A stretch of DNA of 64,000 nt. Source: Leucoraja ocellata. Its lineage: Eukaryota. The DNA lies in assembly GCA_036785375.1 (NCBI GenBank), contig JAWMAR010000392.1, positions 1,488,001 through 1,552,000 of the forward strand. Reading direction: 5' to 3'. Shown piece by piece: positions 63,288-64,000 of the stretch; position 1 is the first letter of the stretch; the number at the start of each line of letters is the position of its first letter. The notes beneath the pieces were generated by a model, which was given only the letters and a program-made list of their open reading frames with translations, did no database searches and had not been told where the DNA came from. Both the position numbers and the translations under genes were made by a program.

Positions 63288-63373
63288 GTGTTGGTGGGCC
63301 ACGTGATGCATTTGGAGCTAGTTACATGCTGGTGCTCGTGGCTACGCTTGTGATGATCATTGGAACATGGTAG
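63288..63373 (+). CDS. MHC class I-like heavy chain, exon 5 (linker plus hydrophobic C-terminus and stop)
   Basis: Acceptor ...ttgcttgctgggcag. Phase-1 reading gives GVGGPRDAFGASYMLVLVATLVMIIGTW*(TAG 63371-63373). It sits in one of the few non-repeat islands downstream of alpha3, and the exon continues to a consensus donor ag|gtgagt at 63414/63415. An intervening small exon cannot be excluded. Confidence 0.7.
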
Positions 63374-63509
63374 AGAAGAGCAGCAATGAGGAGAGAGGTC
63401 AGGTGTGATAACAGGTGAGTGAGCGCATAGACTCCTTCACTAAGACTCGATGATGTGACAAACTCTCTTCTCATTTATGATCCAATCTATTCTCATTTCT
63501 CTTTTCCAG

Positions 63510-63585
63510 ATGAACATCTGGTCCTCATCCGAATACTGGATGAAGCTTCTACCTGTTACAATGATGAGTGGCTGTATACCTCATC
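63510..63585 (+). other. Probable terminal (3'UTR) exon start of the class I-like gene
   Basis: Strong acceptor ttctcatttctcttttccag ending at 63509, pairing with donor 63415 (95-nt intron). The 3' end is not determinable; no polyA signal was identified. Confidence 0.45.
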
Positions 63586-63645
63586 AAGAGGGGTCTCCAC
63601 CCGAAATGTCGCCTATTCATTTTCTCCGGAGATGTTGTCTGACTT

Positions 63646-64000
63646 ATAACCATATAACCATATAACAATTACAGCACGGAAACAGGCCATCTCGACCCTT
63701 CTAGTCCGTGCCGAACACATAATCTCCTTGAAGGTGGAATCTCATATAGATAGGGTGGTAAAGAAAGCTTTTGGTATGCTAGCCTTTATAAATCAGAGCA
63801 TTGAGTATAGAAGCTGGGATGTAATGTTAAAATTGTACAAGGCATTGGTGAGACCAAATCTGGAGTATGGTGTACAATTTTGGTCGCCCAATTATAGGAA
63901 GGATGTCAACAAAATAGAGAGAGTACAGAGGAGATTTACTAGAATGTTGCCTGGGTTTCAACAACTAAGTTACAGAGATAGGTTGAATAAGTTAGGTCTT
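63646..64000. mobile_element. CR1 family B: minus-strand tail fused to a plus-strand body, running off the window
   Basis: Tail 63646-63728 (-) joined at tcc to ORF2 sequence (+) from about 63727. Confidence 0.85.

Overview
This is eukaryotic, repeat-saturated DNA from a cartilaginous fish, probably a skate or ray. That assignment is inferred from the CR1 LINE, HE1/V-SINE and Penelope repeat repertoire. About 80-90% (rough visual estimate) is transposon-derived: more than 30 young 5'-truncated CR1 LINEs of two main families, one near-complete DIRS tyrosine-recombinase retrotransposon, Penelope elements with hammerhead-ribozyme-like motifs, a decayed hAT transposon, MITEs, Rex1/Vingi/L1/Gypsy fragments, minisatellites and a 200-N gap. 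Among the repeats is one host gene that the ORF track shows only in pieces. It is a five-coding-exon, + strand MHC class I-like heavy chain: leader 30148-30223, alpha1 41023-41271, alpha2 44952-45221, alpha3 48381-48650 and a hydrophobic-tail exon 63288-63373. All four introns are GT-AG phase 1, and the spliced CDS is 951 nt (316 aa). It is strongly non-classical: most peptide-anchoring residues and the N86 sequon are lost, the groove helices are hydrophobic, and alpha2 has an extra Cys pair. The protein stops immediately after a hydrophobic segment, like a GPI-anchor signal, with a fossil basic cytoplasmic tail still readable behind the stop. Exon calls rest on manual translation and splice signals only; no database or expression evidence was available.
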